Under the pieces are notes generated by a model. It saw nothing but the letters and a program-made list of their open reading frames with translations, was not told the origin of the DNA and searched no databases. A stretch of DNA of 64,000 nucleotides from Cycas panzhihuaensis (taxonomy: Eukaryota; Plantae; Cycadophyta), in contig CM041465.1 of assembly GCA_023213395.1 (NCBI GenBank), positions 222,091,741 through 222,155,740 of the forward strand, read 5' to 3'. A program made the translations under genes and the position numbers. This document shows positions 14,199 through 26,391 of the stretch, one piece after another; position 1 is the stretch's first letter; each line of letters opens with the position of its first letter.

Positions 14199-14542
14199 TA
14201 TTAGGATAACCCCTAATATGCACAAGGAGTTGTACATCTAAGGCCCCTCAAAGCTACCTTTAAGGCTCCTTAGGGCACTTAAAGCCATGTATCAATCACC
14301 TAGATCCATTAAAGTTGATGCAACATCCTTAAGGTGTGTGTTACATTTATTAATTGTAAATTTTAATATTATTTTGGCTAACGTGTAAATCGAGTTGAGG
14401 TGCTTACCACCTCCCCAAATCTCTATAAATGGGGTGGGAATACCTCCTTGGTATTTTTTAACACTACCATCGATTTAGAGATCATTGTTAACTCAAGATG
14501 TACTCATCATTGTAGTCCCTCTTTGTTCCTTTGTAACCTTCA
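14199..14542 (+). repeat. Copia B 3' LTR
   Basis: Direct repeat of 6117-6470 with a 10-bp indel, preceded by the PPT. Confidence 0.93.
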
Positions 14543-15879
14543 GAATCCCTGCGTGACAAGTCTGACCTTGTGCTTATCCACCTTTCCATCAGAGTAGAAC
14601 TTCATCTTATAGACCCACTTGCATCTAACAAGGTTCTTTGTCGGAGGGAATGGGACCAAATCCCATGTATCATTCTTTATCAAAGAGCCATACTCCTCCT
14701 CTATCACAACTCTCTATTGTGGATCTTCTTTCGTTTCATTGAACAAATTAGGATCACTAGAGTTATTAGTGTCTACCAACATAGTTCGACTGGCATGCTG
14801 ACTTATTATTCTTTTATTATTAGTCAAGGTATGCATCACCACATTGGAATCTTTGAGAGTCTTCCTTACACATAAAGGTATTGAAGGACCCAATGTTGGA
14901 GGTACTTCATCTTATAACAGCTCCTCACTAATACTCGTCTCATTTAGTCTTGCCTCCTTAAGTGCTCTTGTGACTAGTTCATCGTCCTTTTCACTTGATG
15001 AATCTGGGAATGGGAGAAGGGGGGGTAAGAAAACTCCTCTGATGATCTATCAACATGATACGTCGATAACTCATCAAATTTTACATCTCTACTAACCATA
15101 ATTTTCTTCTCTTGTAGATCCCCTAGTTTATAGGCTTTATTCTCAGTGCAATACCCCATGAATATGCACTTCAAACTCTTTTAATCCAGTTTCTTGCGGG
15201 TATCATCTAGGATATGGACGTATGTAATACACCCAAATATTTTTAAATGGCTAATGACAAGCTTCCAATAGGTCCATTTCTCTTTAGGGGTCATGCTGCG
15301 AATTGCCTAAGTGGGTACTTGGTTTAAAATATAAATAGTAGTTGCCACAATTTCTACTCAAAAGTTTGGTGGCAAGTTTTTAGCATGTACCATACACCTC
15401 ACCATCTCCATCATGGTATAGTTTTTCCTTTCAACAACTTTATTTTGTTGTGGGGTATACGTGACCATAAATTTTTGCTTTATACCATGATCATGGCAGA
15501 ACTAATTGAATACATGGTTGTCGTATTCCTTACCATTATCACTTCTTAAAGATTTTATTTTCTTATCACATTCATTTTCTACCATCGCTTTCTATTCATG
15601 GAAGTGATCAAATACATCTGATTTGTTCTTAAAAAAGTAGACCTAGGCCTTCCTGGTATAATCATCCACAAACACAAGAGTATACCGAGCTCCTGATATC
15701 GAAGAGTTAGGGAGTGGTCCTCTTATATCTAAGTATATAAGCTCTAACTTCTTCTTGGCTCTCCAAGCATTATCCCAAGCAAAAGGGTAGCGGTGATGCT
15801 TGCCATATATACACCCTTCTCAAACACTCTCTCAACAAGAAACTCATGGCAATCTTTCCACCATCTTTAACCTCTTTAA

Positions 15880-18078
15880 TGTTAGAAATAATGTTTAATG
15901 TGTAATGTATGTGGGTCCTAGGATAATAAGTGATAGTCCTAAGTCTTAGGGTCAAAAGGTCATTATAATACTATGTAAAAGGATATAAGTTTATTGGTCA
16001 AGTTAGTGGTGTAATGCTATTGGTTAGGACAAAGGTATTTATCCTACATGCATTACTTGGGATATATAGTCTTCCACCTCTTTGGTATATAAAGGTGGTT
16101 GAGGTAGTATGTAAACACATCACATCATCAAGGCTCATGTTGAGTCTTTGGTGCTTTTGGTATGGTAATACATTATGATTATATTGTGTTAATCTCTGTT
16201 GATGTTATTGATCTTGCTGTTGATGAGTGTTCTCCATGTTGAAATCTTAACATGGTATCAGAGCAGGTTGCGTATTGAGGGCGTTGCGGTGCTGGTCACC
16301 AAGTTCCAGCCAAGGAAGAAGGCAGTTTTTTCGAATTGGGAAGGTGAAGTCCCAAGGTCATTAATGGTGCAAGGTGTGTACTGTGGTAATACAAGACCGA
16401 ACTTTACAAGACTGAATTTTACCAGGTAACTCTACTCTTATAAGCTTACTGTGTGTTAGAGAAGAAATTGGAAGTAATAACTGTCTTAAGGTGAAGAAAT
16501 TGGGCGGTGAAAATTGAGGTAAGTTGTTAATAAAGAAGTCAGATTTGCATAGGCATAGAGAGACCTTTGTGTTGGAATCCGTTTAGGGTTCATTGTAAAA
16601 CCCTAGTTGCCACTGCCAAAACCCTGGTCTTCATACATCTGAGTATCTATGGTGATGCCCTAGGCTCTCTCTCCATTAGCACTATATACCCTCCTGCAAT
16701 TGTTGCATCTAAGCTAGGAGGGCTGACTATAGTTCGTGGAGACATGAGTTGCCTAACAAAAGGTATGGATAATGTTATCCTAGTTTGTGTTGAAAAGTTG
16801 ATAGGAAGAATTCAAATGGTGACAGGTCATATAGTGATTGACATGTATTGCAAAATATCCATAATCTCTCTCAACTCAGTTACAGTCTCCACTCTCATCT
16901 TTGAGGAGATCAAAATTATAGCAGCATATCCTAGACCGGCACTAGAAAGTTGTTTTCAAAGGAACATAAGGAGGATATCATGTCATTAAGTTCTTGCTTA
17001 TCAAATTCATATCACTTTTTGAATAGGTTATCTGACTATGAAAGTCAATCAAATTGAAATAATGTTCCATGTGTGCATATCTATAATCAGGAAGTATATA
17101 CATGTGAGTATCATGGAGATTCTCATTGTACTTAGTTCATGGAACTTCTTGAGTGACACAAAGAAAACAGGGTGTATCACACAACTTGCAGGAACTCGTC
17201 TCAATAAGCCCATTAATCCAAGGGAGGATAATGATGTCTTAACAATTGACAACTCATTGCTGCACTTGGATAATGATGATATTGCTAATGTCTACTGTGG
17301 TCACTCACATACTGAAGTAGGGAGAAAGAAACAGGTGATAGAAGACATGTTTAAAAGACACCTTGAAGATATGTTTGATGAATACATGCAGGATCATTAT
17401 GAATTATCCATGTTTCACTACTTGGATTCTTAATTATGTATGAAGTTGAAAGAGGCAAAGTCCGAGGATCATCAATTCAAAGGACATTACAGGGTTGAAG
17501 ACCAAGACCATGCCCAAGACATGGTGTTCAAGACCTTTCCAAGATCAAGATGATGGAGATTCAAAGAAGATAAAGTACATTAGAGTCTGTTGATAGTCGT
17601 GTCAGTCTTGTCATGTTGTCTTTAATGTCTATAGTCTCAAATTCATGTCAAGTGTCAATGTATGTCAAATTGTCATTTGTTCAAACATTAAACATTAAGG
17701 GGAGGTGTTAGAAATAATGTTTAATGTGTAATGTATGTGGGTCCTAGGATAATAAGTGATAGTCCTAAGTCTTAGGGTCAAAAGGTCATTATAATACTAT
17801 GTAAAAGGATATAAGTTTATTGGTCAAGTTAGTGGTGTAATGCTATTGGTCAGGACAAAGGTATTTGTCCCACATGCATTACTTGGGATGTATAGTCTCC
17901 CACCTCTTTGGTATATAAAGGTGGTTGAGGTAGTATGTGAACACATCACATCATCAAGGCTCATGTTGAGTCTTTGGTGCTTTTGGTATGGTAATACATT
18001 ATGATTATATTGTGTTAATCTCTGCTGATGTTATTGATCTTGCTGTTGATGAGTGTTCTCCATGTTGAAATCTTAACA
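15880..18078 (+). mobile_element. Element C: non-autonomous LTR retrotransposon (2.2 kb, large-TRIM-like)
   Basis: 373-bp LTRs at 15880-16252 and 17706-18078 with 7 mismatches. Perfect TSD TTTAA at 15875-15879 and 18079-18083. PBS TGGTATCAGAGC at 16253-16264 and PPT AAGGGGAGG at 17697-17705. No gag/pol motifs inside. Confidence 0.95.
16534..17553 (+). pseudogene. Unknown decayed reading frame inside element C
   Basis: ORFs 16567-16989 and 17038-17433 share one frame, which stays open from 16534 to 17553 with only three internal stops. Confidence 0.5.
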
Positions 18079-20904
18079 TTTAATAGTGCAATGGTCTTAT
18101 AATTAAGATGTCTGAGGTGATTGTGCCATAATTTACTTACTTCATTTGTGTTGGAAACAAAGACATAGGACTTATTTTGAGATTGAAAATTTTCAAACAC
18201 CTAGAATTTATCCTTGACTTTCCCAATAGCAATGAAAGTAAAGTTTTGCATTAGATCCTTAATTAGGCATTTATCATCATAGAGCTCCACCTTCAAGTCT
18301 TGTTTGTAGATTTCTTAGGTTGAAAGAAGGTTCAACTGCATCTTGGGTACATAGTATACCCTAGTAAACTTACCTCCTATAATGGATACTTCGTCGATAC
18401 CTTCCACTAGCAAGACACAAGCATCTCTAAGGACAATTTCTACACCACTTTAATTTTTGTTCGTCGTATCAAAGTTACGCCTCTTGTAGGAGATGTGCTT
18501 TTGCACTTCAGAGTTAAGTACCCAATAATCTCTCCAATCTGACTTGGCTAATAAGGTCTATGCTCTGACATAATGAGCAACAACACTCTTCTCATTATCA
18601 TCATGGTTAATTTTACACTTGTCATGACATTTGAACCAATAGTTCTTTTCATGGTGACCATCTTTCTTATAGTAATTGCATTTTCTATTGAACTTCTTCT
18701 TATCTTGTGAACTTTCTCCTGACCTTTGTGTGATCTTCTCCTCCTTAGCAACCTCCTTCCTTTGAGCTTTCATGGCTAGGGCTTGACTTAAATCAGAACC
18801 TTGAAGCATTCCATGATGTTTATGCTTAGCATCCTCTGCTAGAATAAGGTTTTTAAGCCCATTAAATGTTTTTTCTTCCATCACTTTATCTCTACTATAA
18901 ATAGTTTAGAAAGTGGCGAATATAGCTGACAACTTCGACATGATTATTGTGAATAACAACACATCATTAATTAAGTTCTGTTTTAGTTCTTCTAGCTTGT
19001 TCTTCAAGTCTGTTATTTTATTAAGGTAGGAGTTGATGTTATTCTCATCTTCCACACGCAAATCGAGTAACTCCAACATCAGGGCAAGACGTCTATTTGT
19101 CTTCTTCTTCTCAAATGTATCACATAATTTTGTCTGGTTCAACCAGATTGTGAACTAAAGCTCTTTGGTTCAATACCAGTGATAGTTTCAACAACCCCAC
19201 AGCCATAAATTTCTTCTCTTCGAGACGAACACGCTCCTTATGGTTTAGTGGAATCATGTCCATCTTTGCCTTAGTAATACCCTATAGTTGATCCACTATC
19301 AGAATGAGCTCCCTATTGGCCTTCCACTCGCTAAAATTGTTACCATTGAAGATAACCTTGGGCATAATGTGCTATATCTCAGGAAATGAGCTTCAATATA
19401 AATTAAACAACACCAAAAAATAAATTTCTCTAGGACAAAAATGCACCCCTGTGTCCTCTAACTTAAGAGCATGCTCTAGGGGGCACCAAACATCGACTAT
19501 ATATACATTGAGCGAGCCACCAACTATTTTACCTCACCAACCATCCACAAATGACCTTAAATAACCTTGAAAGTGTTACAACTGATGCTTAAGATACTTT
19601 AAAAACATACTTCAAGTACTAAGGAAGGCTCTAGAAGGTATAAGTGCATAGTCTCCAAGTCAAAATCCCAATAAATAGCCTCAATCCATGCTGAAAAATG
19701 ACTCACAAGGGGTCCAAATAACTTCAAAGTTCTTCACTATACAATATGGTGTAATATCGATAGTAAAGGTCCCTTTTTATAAAGTTGAATTAGAAGGAGA
19801 ATACACCAAAAGGCATGTTCTCAAAAGTGGCGACTCTTTATAAACTCCCACACCTTATAACTAATTGCATGCACTTCAAATTTATTTGCAAATGAAAATT
19901 ATATATTACTAAGTCCAAAACTTAGTAAAAATATATCACATGTAATGTTTTATATCTCCATGAGTTAAATAAGGGATGCCGCAGTCATAAATAACCGAAG
20001 TTGACCAGCGCAAACCTGCGCTCTCCTATGCGGGCTCACATTCTACCTGACGGATCTGCGACTAGTAAGGAATGAAGTGAATAGGCTAGACATAGTATAG
20101 ATAGCCCAACAAGTATATATAAGGTTATAGTGGGCTTAATCTAGTCATACAACTATAGACTCAAAGGCCCACATACATACTAACACAAATAGCCTTGTGA
20201 TCCTTTATCTAGTTGGTAAGAATAGTACGTTACCTAGCCAACTCAAATAGTGTCCAACCAACTCAAACATCACCCAACCAACCTGTAATATGCCCAACCA
20301 TGTAGATAACAACCATAAATATCCTAAATATAGGCTTATTTCATATATACAAGTAGTAAATGAGGTTTAGACTCATGCAAAGATAGTATTTATCAATGAA
20401 CTATATCTATTATTGCTAAGTACTCAGGCCAACACTTGGATAAAGACAGAAAAACACCGAAACTTGGCTTCAATCATGTCCACTAGTGTAGAGAAGGAGA
20501 TTCAATAGTAATATAGGCTTATTTCATTGAAACTTTAGAGGGCTTTGTTGAGAAATGAACCGACTTACATGTATATAAGGATGGCTATCCTTATAGTTGT
20601 CGAATCACTATCAGTACGTGCTTTGCTAGCTTGAATCACTATAATAGATTATCTACCAGCTTTGGATGGCCTCCAATGAGCCAACTCCAACCACAATAGT
20701 GGTATTCATGCCTGAATATTGATTCTAATAAACCCTTATGCTCTGTTGAATGGTGATTTTCATTACTTTAACCACCACTGATATGTTGTACCTATTTTTG
20801 TACGTTGCTATGATGGACAAGTCTTGGGTTTGATGGCTTCACCCGACAACCGACAATCTTACCACTCCACTCAACGTCAAGCTTTAACTGTGTAGGACCC
20901 AATG

Positions 20905-20916
20905 ACTTTGATACCA
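20905..20916 (-). promoter_or_regulatory. PBS of Copia A
   Basis: Minus strand TGGTATCAAAGT adjacent to the LTR. Confidence 0.8.
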
Positions 20917-21273
20917 TATTCAAGAACATGAAATCATGCACAAATATTTCCATTTGTAGAATCTTTAACTGTACATAACAAGCAAATAAATATACACATA
21001 GAAAACATATGCATATTATACAGGATTTACATGGGAAAACCCTTTTGGGAATAAACCCACCACAAAAGGATATTTGATGGATCACATTGATTATTACATA
21101 ATTAATTTTATACCTTGAATACACAAGGGCTCAAGGCATTTATATTCTTCTAAGAGGTGTCACCCAATTAAGGTTGTGACCCTCTGAATAAGTCACACAT
21201 TTTCGCTTAATCACTTTAGTTAAACCACATTAATATTAACTTAGTGGCTTAACAAACAACTTCCACATTAACA
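20917..21273 (-). repeat. Copia A 5' LTR (only LTR present)
   Basis: Bounded by the PBS and by ...TTAACA at 21273, where homology to host X resumes. The inner terminus is decayed (TATT for TGTT). Confidence 0.75.
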
Positions 21274-23044
21274 AGTGGGAGGGAAAATGGACTCTTAGAT
21301 TTGGCTTTATGCCCCCTAAATGTAATGAGTGTTTTAAGCTATACTTGGGTGCTTTCCTTCCATACAATATCCTGCTAATCCTATAGTATAGAAGGGAGCA
21401 ATGGAGTAGGGAAAAATAAAATATTAAAGATAGACAAGACTAAGCAATGCTTGACCTACCAAATAACAAACATAATATGCATAAGAAAGCAAAGAAATAA
21501 TCTTACTAATACAAAAGAGAGAGGATTACTTGGTCTCAATGAAGTAGAGGTGGCCAATGGATAAATTTTGCTCTACTTGAGGGTACTCTTAAGGTGTTGG
21601 AAGGCTAGATCTCTAAGTATACAAGTAACAAAATATAATTTCAATCAATAGGTCCTAGTTCTCTCAGAATTTTGGTAGCATGACAATGTTACCTTCATTC
21701 CTCAACTTGACCTCCCATTCCAATGGAAAAATGAGGAGATTTATAAATGAAGGTGAGGCTAAGGAAGGTGGCTTTTAGCCCACAAGTGGGAGATAAAAAA
21801 GGAACAAATCCATGGTACATTCTCATGGATTTGGGCAAAAATTACATGGAAAAAGAGGATTTTAGATGTAACATGGCCTCTTAGGCTATTAAAATTGATG
21901 GGCATTGACTTGGAGCCAAGACAGGCTGCCTAAGACTAACAATAGATCAATAATGAGGTAATTGTCACTGTTGGGCCTAAATCTGGGTAGGTGACAATCG
22001 TACCACAAAGATATTCATATTACCGCAAGATACTTTGTAGTACTACTATTTTAAGTAAAACTTAAAGTGGTTTGATAATAGACAATGTTGTTTAGTAAAA
22101 AATACATGCAAATATGTTAGAAACTCATTAATGGTGAAGTCTAAGTGAAAATATAGTCAACATGAAGAGGTTAATGATAAAATAGAATAAAACAATGAAT
22201 CGAAATGAGACTAGAAGAATCTTGCAAAGAGCATAAACACTTGTTCTAACTGAATGAGATAAATGTGTGGATGGATGACCAACAACCGAAGTCATGCTCA
22301 TCATCAGTTAAAAGTATATATGGATCGTCACAACAATCAAACAAGCAGAAAACATACATCCACTATCTAAGATCAAGATATAGTAAATCAATGAAGAATA
22401 GAGTCATGAAACACACTTTTACTTACCTATTTGTCATAGTATCCAGGTTATTCCCATAAGTCAGGAAACACTACCTCCTTGCTAGTAGAGCCTCTTTAAC
22501 TTGTGGTTAAAAGGTGGTGAATGATGCTAACATAAATAATGTGAAATATAATAATAAACTCATCTGTATAGAATAAGGGCTAGGTTTACCATAGTTTTAT
22601 TTCATTAGTAGATGATGAGAGGGTGTTGCTCTTAGTTTAACCTTATTAGAAAACTATGTTAGAGGTGTACTAGTTAAGAAGGGATGATAGGTCAGTGACC
22701 AAATCAAATCAAGTAGGTCAATGGCTATGATAAACCTAGACGAGTACAAGTAGAACCACTATAGTTTATCATCTTTAGTGGCTTTCTTTTGGAGTGAGGT
22801 ATTAAGTGGTTGGGGGATTAACCCAACAATAAGATAAGATAGGCATCATGGTTTGATGTTAGGCTCAAAATCTATAGACCCTTAGATATATGAAGCTATG
22901 TCTCAAATATCTAAGGGGAAGACTTGATGGTTAAGGTAGGTTACCATACTTTAGCCTTATTAGTGGTTATCTTTTAGAGGAAGAGTTGTTTGGGCTCATC
23001 TCAGAGCCATATTTTTTTGGTTTTTAATGTTTCTTTCTTCTTCT

Positions 23045-23046
<2 letters not shown>

Positions 23047-23086
<40 letters not shown>
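23047..23086. repeat. Poly(T)40 tract
   Basis: Read directly from the sequence. Confidence 0.95.
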
Positions 23087-23087
<1 letters not shown>

Positions 23088-23361
23088 TGTTTTGTTGATT
23101 TGTATTATTTTGGTTTTTCGGTTGCTTTATTTTTTTAAATATTTTTTTAGGTTTTTATAAATTTTTAAGATTTTTTGATAGTTTAATATTATTTTTTATG
23201 GTTTTTTGAGTAGATTTTACATGAAAGTAAATTAAAGGAGCTAAGAAATGACAAGAAAATAAGGAGGACAAGGTTATGGGCATAAAAGAGAAATGCACCT
23301 TAGGGTGGACACAACCTAGTCAAGTATGTACAAATATACATGGTAGTTTACTCTCATTGCA

Positions 23362-23748
23362 GAGTGTGGGTGGTTGTTTAGCCTCTCGTCAAAGCATAAG
23401 GGAAGTTGGCAGCTTAGCCATATTTATAAGGTAGACTAAGAATGCTATGGATTGTCACCATAGTTTAGCCTCTTCAGTGAGTGCCCCTTAGAGGTGGGGT
23501 GGTAGTTTAAGCTCTTGTTAGAGCATATAGGGAGTTGACAACTTGGTCAAGCTTCTAAGGTGGGTTAGGAATACACTGAGATATCACCATAATTTAACCT
23601 CTTTAGTGAGTTTCCCTTAGAGGTGAGGTGATGATTTAGGCTTTTGCTAGAGTATATAGGAAGCTGACAGCTTGGCCAAGCCTCCAAGGTGGGCTAAGAG
23701 TACCCAAGGATATTAGTATAAGATAGCCTCTTCAATGAGTACCTCTTA
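23362..23748. repeat. Three 129-bp tandem repeats in the X1 3' region
   Basis: The GAGGTG anchor recurs at 23491, 23620 and 23749. Confidence 0.9.
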
Positions 23749-24592
23749 AAGGTGAAACTAGAAGAGATTGCCTCTTAGGCATGTGTCTCAAAGGTAGGAC
23801 CATAAGGTTGAAAGAGAATCGCTTACCTATAGCAAATGATGCTCAAATATGAAGGCCACTGATCTCTTAGTCTTTGAATTTAGTCCTTGTGGGATATGAC
23901 AAATAGAGACAAAAGAGAATTAGGCCAAAAGAAACCTATCATGGCTGATAAGGGATCTTAGCTATGGACAACGAACTAGGTACACCTAGATGAGTTGCGA
24001 CATGATGAGATGGGAGTTATAATGCAACACAATAGAACCATGATAGATATATAAAGCATCAATCAAGGCCTCTATGATGGTAACACACTTAATTATGTTG
24101 TTGGTAGTTATGGGTAAATAGACTCTATAGTGTATGAGTGTGTCTTAGGTGATCCTGGATAGTCCACACTACAACAAAATGGCTAAGATTTCCATAACTA
24201 CCCCCATTAGTATGAATAATAAATGTCATGGGGATATGTAAAGGCAACTTAGAGTGGACTCATTGAATAAGAGAAGATAGTGGGAATCAACCAGTGGCAT
24301 GAGGACTCAAATAGGCATGTAAACTCTAATTGAGATGATGGGTAATACTCAGTCCTCAAGAGTGACTATGCATTAGTGTCATGACTCCTTATAAAATCCA
24401 TGGTAAGTTGTAGTCATGCTGAATATGTTTTGATCATAATTGAGACCATGATGAGTCTAAACAATCGAATCCAAAGGTTCTAAGATGGCCCACTCAACTA
24501 GATCTAAACTACAAATCGTAGGTAGGGAGGAAATTGTTATGCAACTTGCCCCAGATGCCAAGTAGGTGGTGGCAAATATACTCCCCTAACAA

Positions 24593-24595
<3 letters not shown>

Positions 24596-24678
<83 letters not shown>
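24596..24678. repeat. (TA)~41 microsatellite
   Basis: Read directly from the sequence. Confidence 0.97.
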
Positions 24679-24681
<3 letters not shown>

Positions 24682-26391
24682 TTCTTTTCTTTCATATTTT
24701 TTTGGTTCTTTTTTTTTTTGTTTATTTTTCCTCTCTCTCTCTCTCTCTCTCCTGCCCCCTCTCTCTCTTGCTTTAGGGGAGCATATATGTAGGTAGCTCT
24801 AATGGTGTGAAGTAGGTGTGGTGATACATCAACCCATGGGGAAGCCAAGCAAGCCCACTGTATTAACTATATCTTAACAAGTGACATGACCAGACTGTGA
24901 GAGACAAGTGAAGGAGATCAAATTGTGGTATATAAAGGGCAAGTCATGTGAGCACCTTGAGTGCCTATTATGAGATATACATGGAACAGGGTCCTTCAGT
25001 CATTGACTATGAAGAACCAAGTCTCTCTGTTGTAATGAGGGCTAAATGAGAGACACTAAAGGCTCACGATAAAGTAATGAGCCTATGAGGGGAGTAGGTG
25101 TGAGTGAGTGAAGTCACAAATTAAGCCACAGAGTAGGTGAGTGAGCAATATGATGATAGAGTGTCGCATAAGGAGAGCTAATAGAGTCTCTGGGAGTACC
25201 TAAAACTTAATCGAAAGTCATGCCAGTGGCAATGGGAGACCTATGTGTTGATGACATGGCTAGGTAAAGGTCGTAATAGCAATGGGAAGAGTTAGGGGCA
25301 TTGATATGCAAATGGTAAAACAGTCTCAAGTGAACAAAAAGAGCATATAATGTTGGAGAAAAGTGGAGGTCAAGTAATACTTGACATCAGGTGGGCTATC
25401 GTGAGTGTGAAATGGTGAATCAATGTTGCACAATGGTCTTGTGGACTATGAACACTGATATGTGGAGAGATAGTATGTCTAAGGTAAAGAAGGGCTCGAA
25501 TTCAAGATAAAAAGGGTCAATGACATATATTAATAACCAAACAAACTGAACTTTAGGCCTTGAATATGCATGACTAGGGAGTGTAAGTAATTATGTCAAG
25601 GGGATGAGAATGTAGTCTATGGAGTGATGGTCTCAATGGATCTAATGAGGAGCAATACAAGCATCATACAATTAAGTTATTGCTATTTATATAATAAGGT
25701 TCCTTATATTCATTTTTATTTTTACATTTTGTTATTAGGGAAATCCTTAAAGAAACCTAACTATTTTTACCCTTAATCCTTCTTAAGATCACTGGGGATA
25801 AACTGACCATCGAATTTATGAATGGACAGATCCATTAGGTCTAGAACTTGACAATGGTTGTTGTGCGACCCGATCCAATAAGTTCAACTTGCAAATTTAT
25901 TTTATTTTTTAAGTTTTTTGTATTTTTGTTTTTGGTTAAGGCTTTGCCCTAATCTGGTTGATTTCATCCAAATAAAGGCTAAATCATGCCCCGTTGGTGG
26001 CTAGACTGAGGAAATTTGATGCCCTAATCACTTTGGGTGGATCATATTTGATCTTAAGTATGTGTTTTCTATTTTTCTCTTGATTTTTATTTTATTTTTT
26101 ATGTACTATGAATTGTCATGGTACTGTGATTTATCGTAGAAATCCTCGTGGTACCACATATATTTTGAGCAATACTACGAAGATATTCGTGATACCATAG
26201 ATGAATCTATAGTACCAAAGAAAGATGAGGGAATTTAAAAATTTTATCCTTAAAGACTGTTGAATGCCTCAATTGGATTGATTGATAGCATGTGCCTAGC
26301 CCAAAGTTATTTTGGACTAATTTTTCTTATATTTTATGTTGTCTTGTAGGTTGTTACTACGATTGATAATCATGTAAACATTGGCACACCC

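Larger units (their letters stand above)
6117..14542 (+). mobile_element. Copia B, structurally complete but decayed
   Basis: LTRs at 6117-6470 and 14199-14542, PBS TGGTATCAGAG at 6473, PPT GGAGGAGAA at 14190-14198. TSD is GGATC (6112-6116) / GAATC (14543-14547). Removing the element restores the host RT sequence QGFKQKEGIDYEKTFAPV. Confidence 0.95.
5760..21273 (-). mobile_element. Copia A: 5' LTR, PBS, ~1.5-kb leader and decayed gag-pol, truncated inside RT; hosts elements B and C
   Basis: On the minus strand, gag MPKVIFNGNNFSEWK starts at 19365, followed by the Zn knuckle CNYYKKDGHHEKNY and WHNHLRHLNY. Integrase KCIFMGY lies at ~15170 and RT LKKSIYGLKQAPHAWY at ~5890. The frame is continuous across both nested insertions. 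No RNase H or 3' LTR is present. Confidence 0.88.

Noticed and set aside
15880-18078. Retrozyme (hammerhead-bearing non-autonomous LTR element)
   Set aside because: No CUGANGA...GAAA hammerhead core with flanking stems was seen in the LTRs on either strand by eye.
22580-23760. Recurring ~22-bp motif with intervening sequence, superficially CRISPR-like
   Set aside because: The repeats are degenerate, the intervening parts are themselves repeated, there are no cas genes, and the context is a plant retrotransposon 3' region.
24534-24848. ORFs with YIYIYI runs on both strands
   Set aside because: Artefact of the (TA)n microsatellite.
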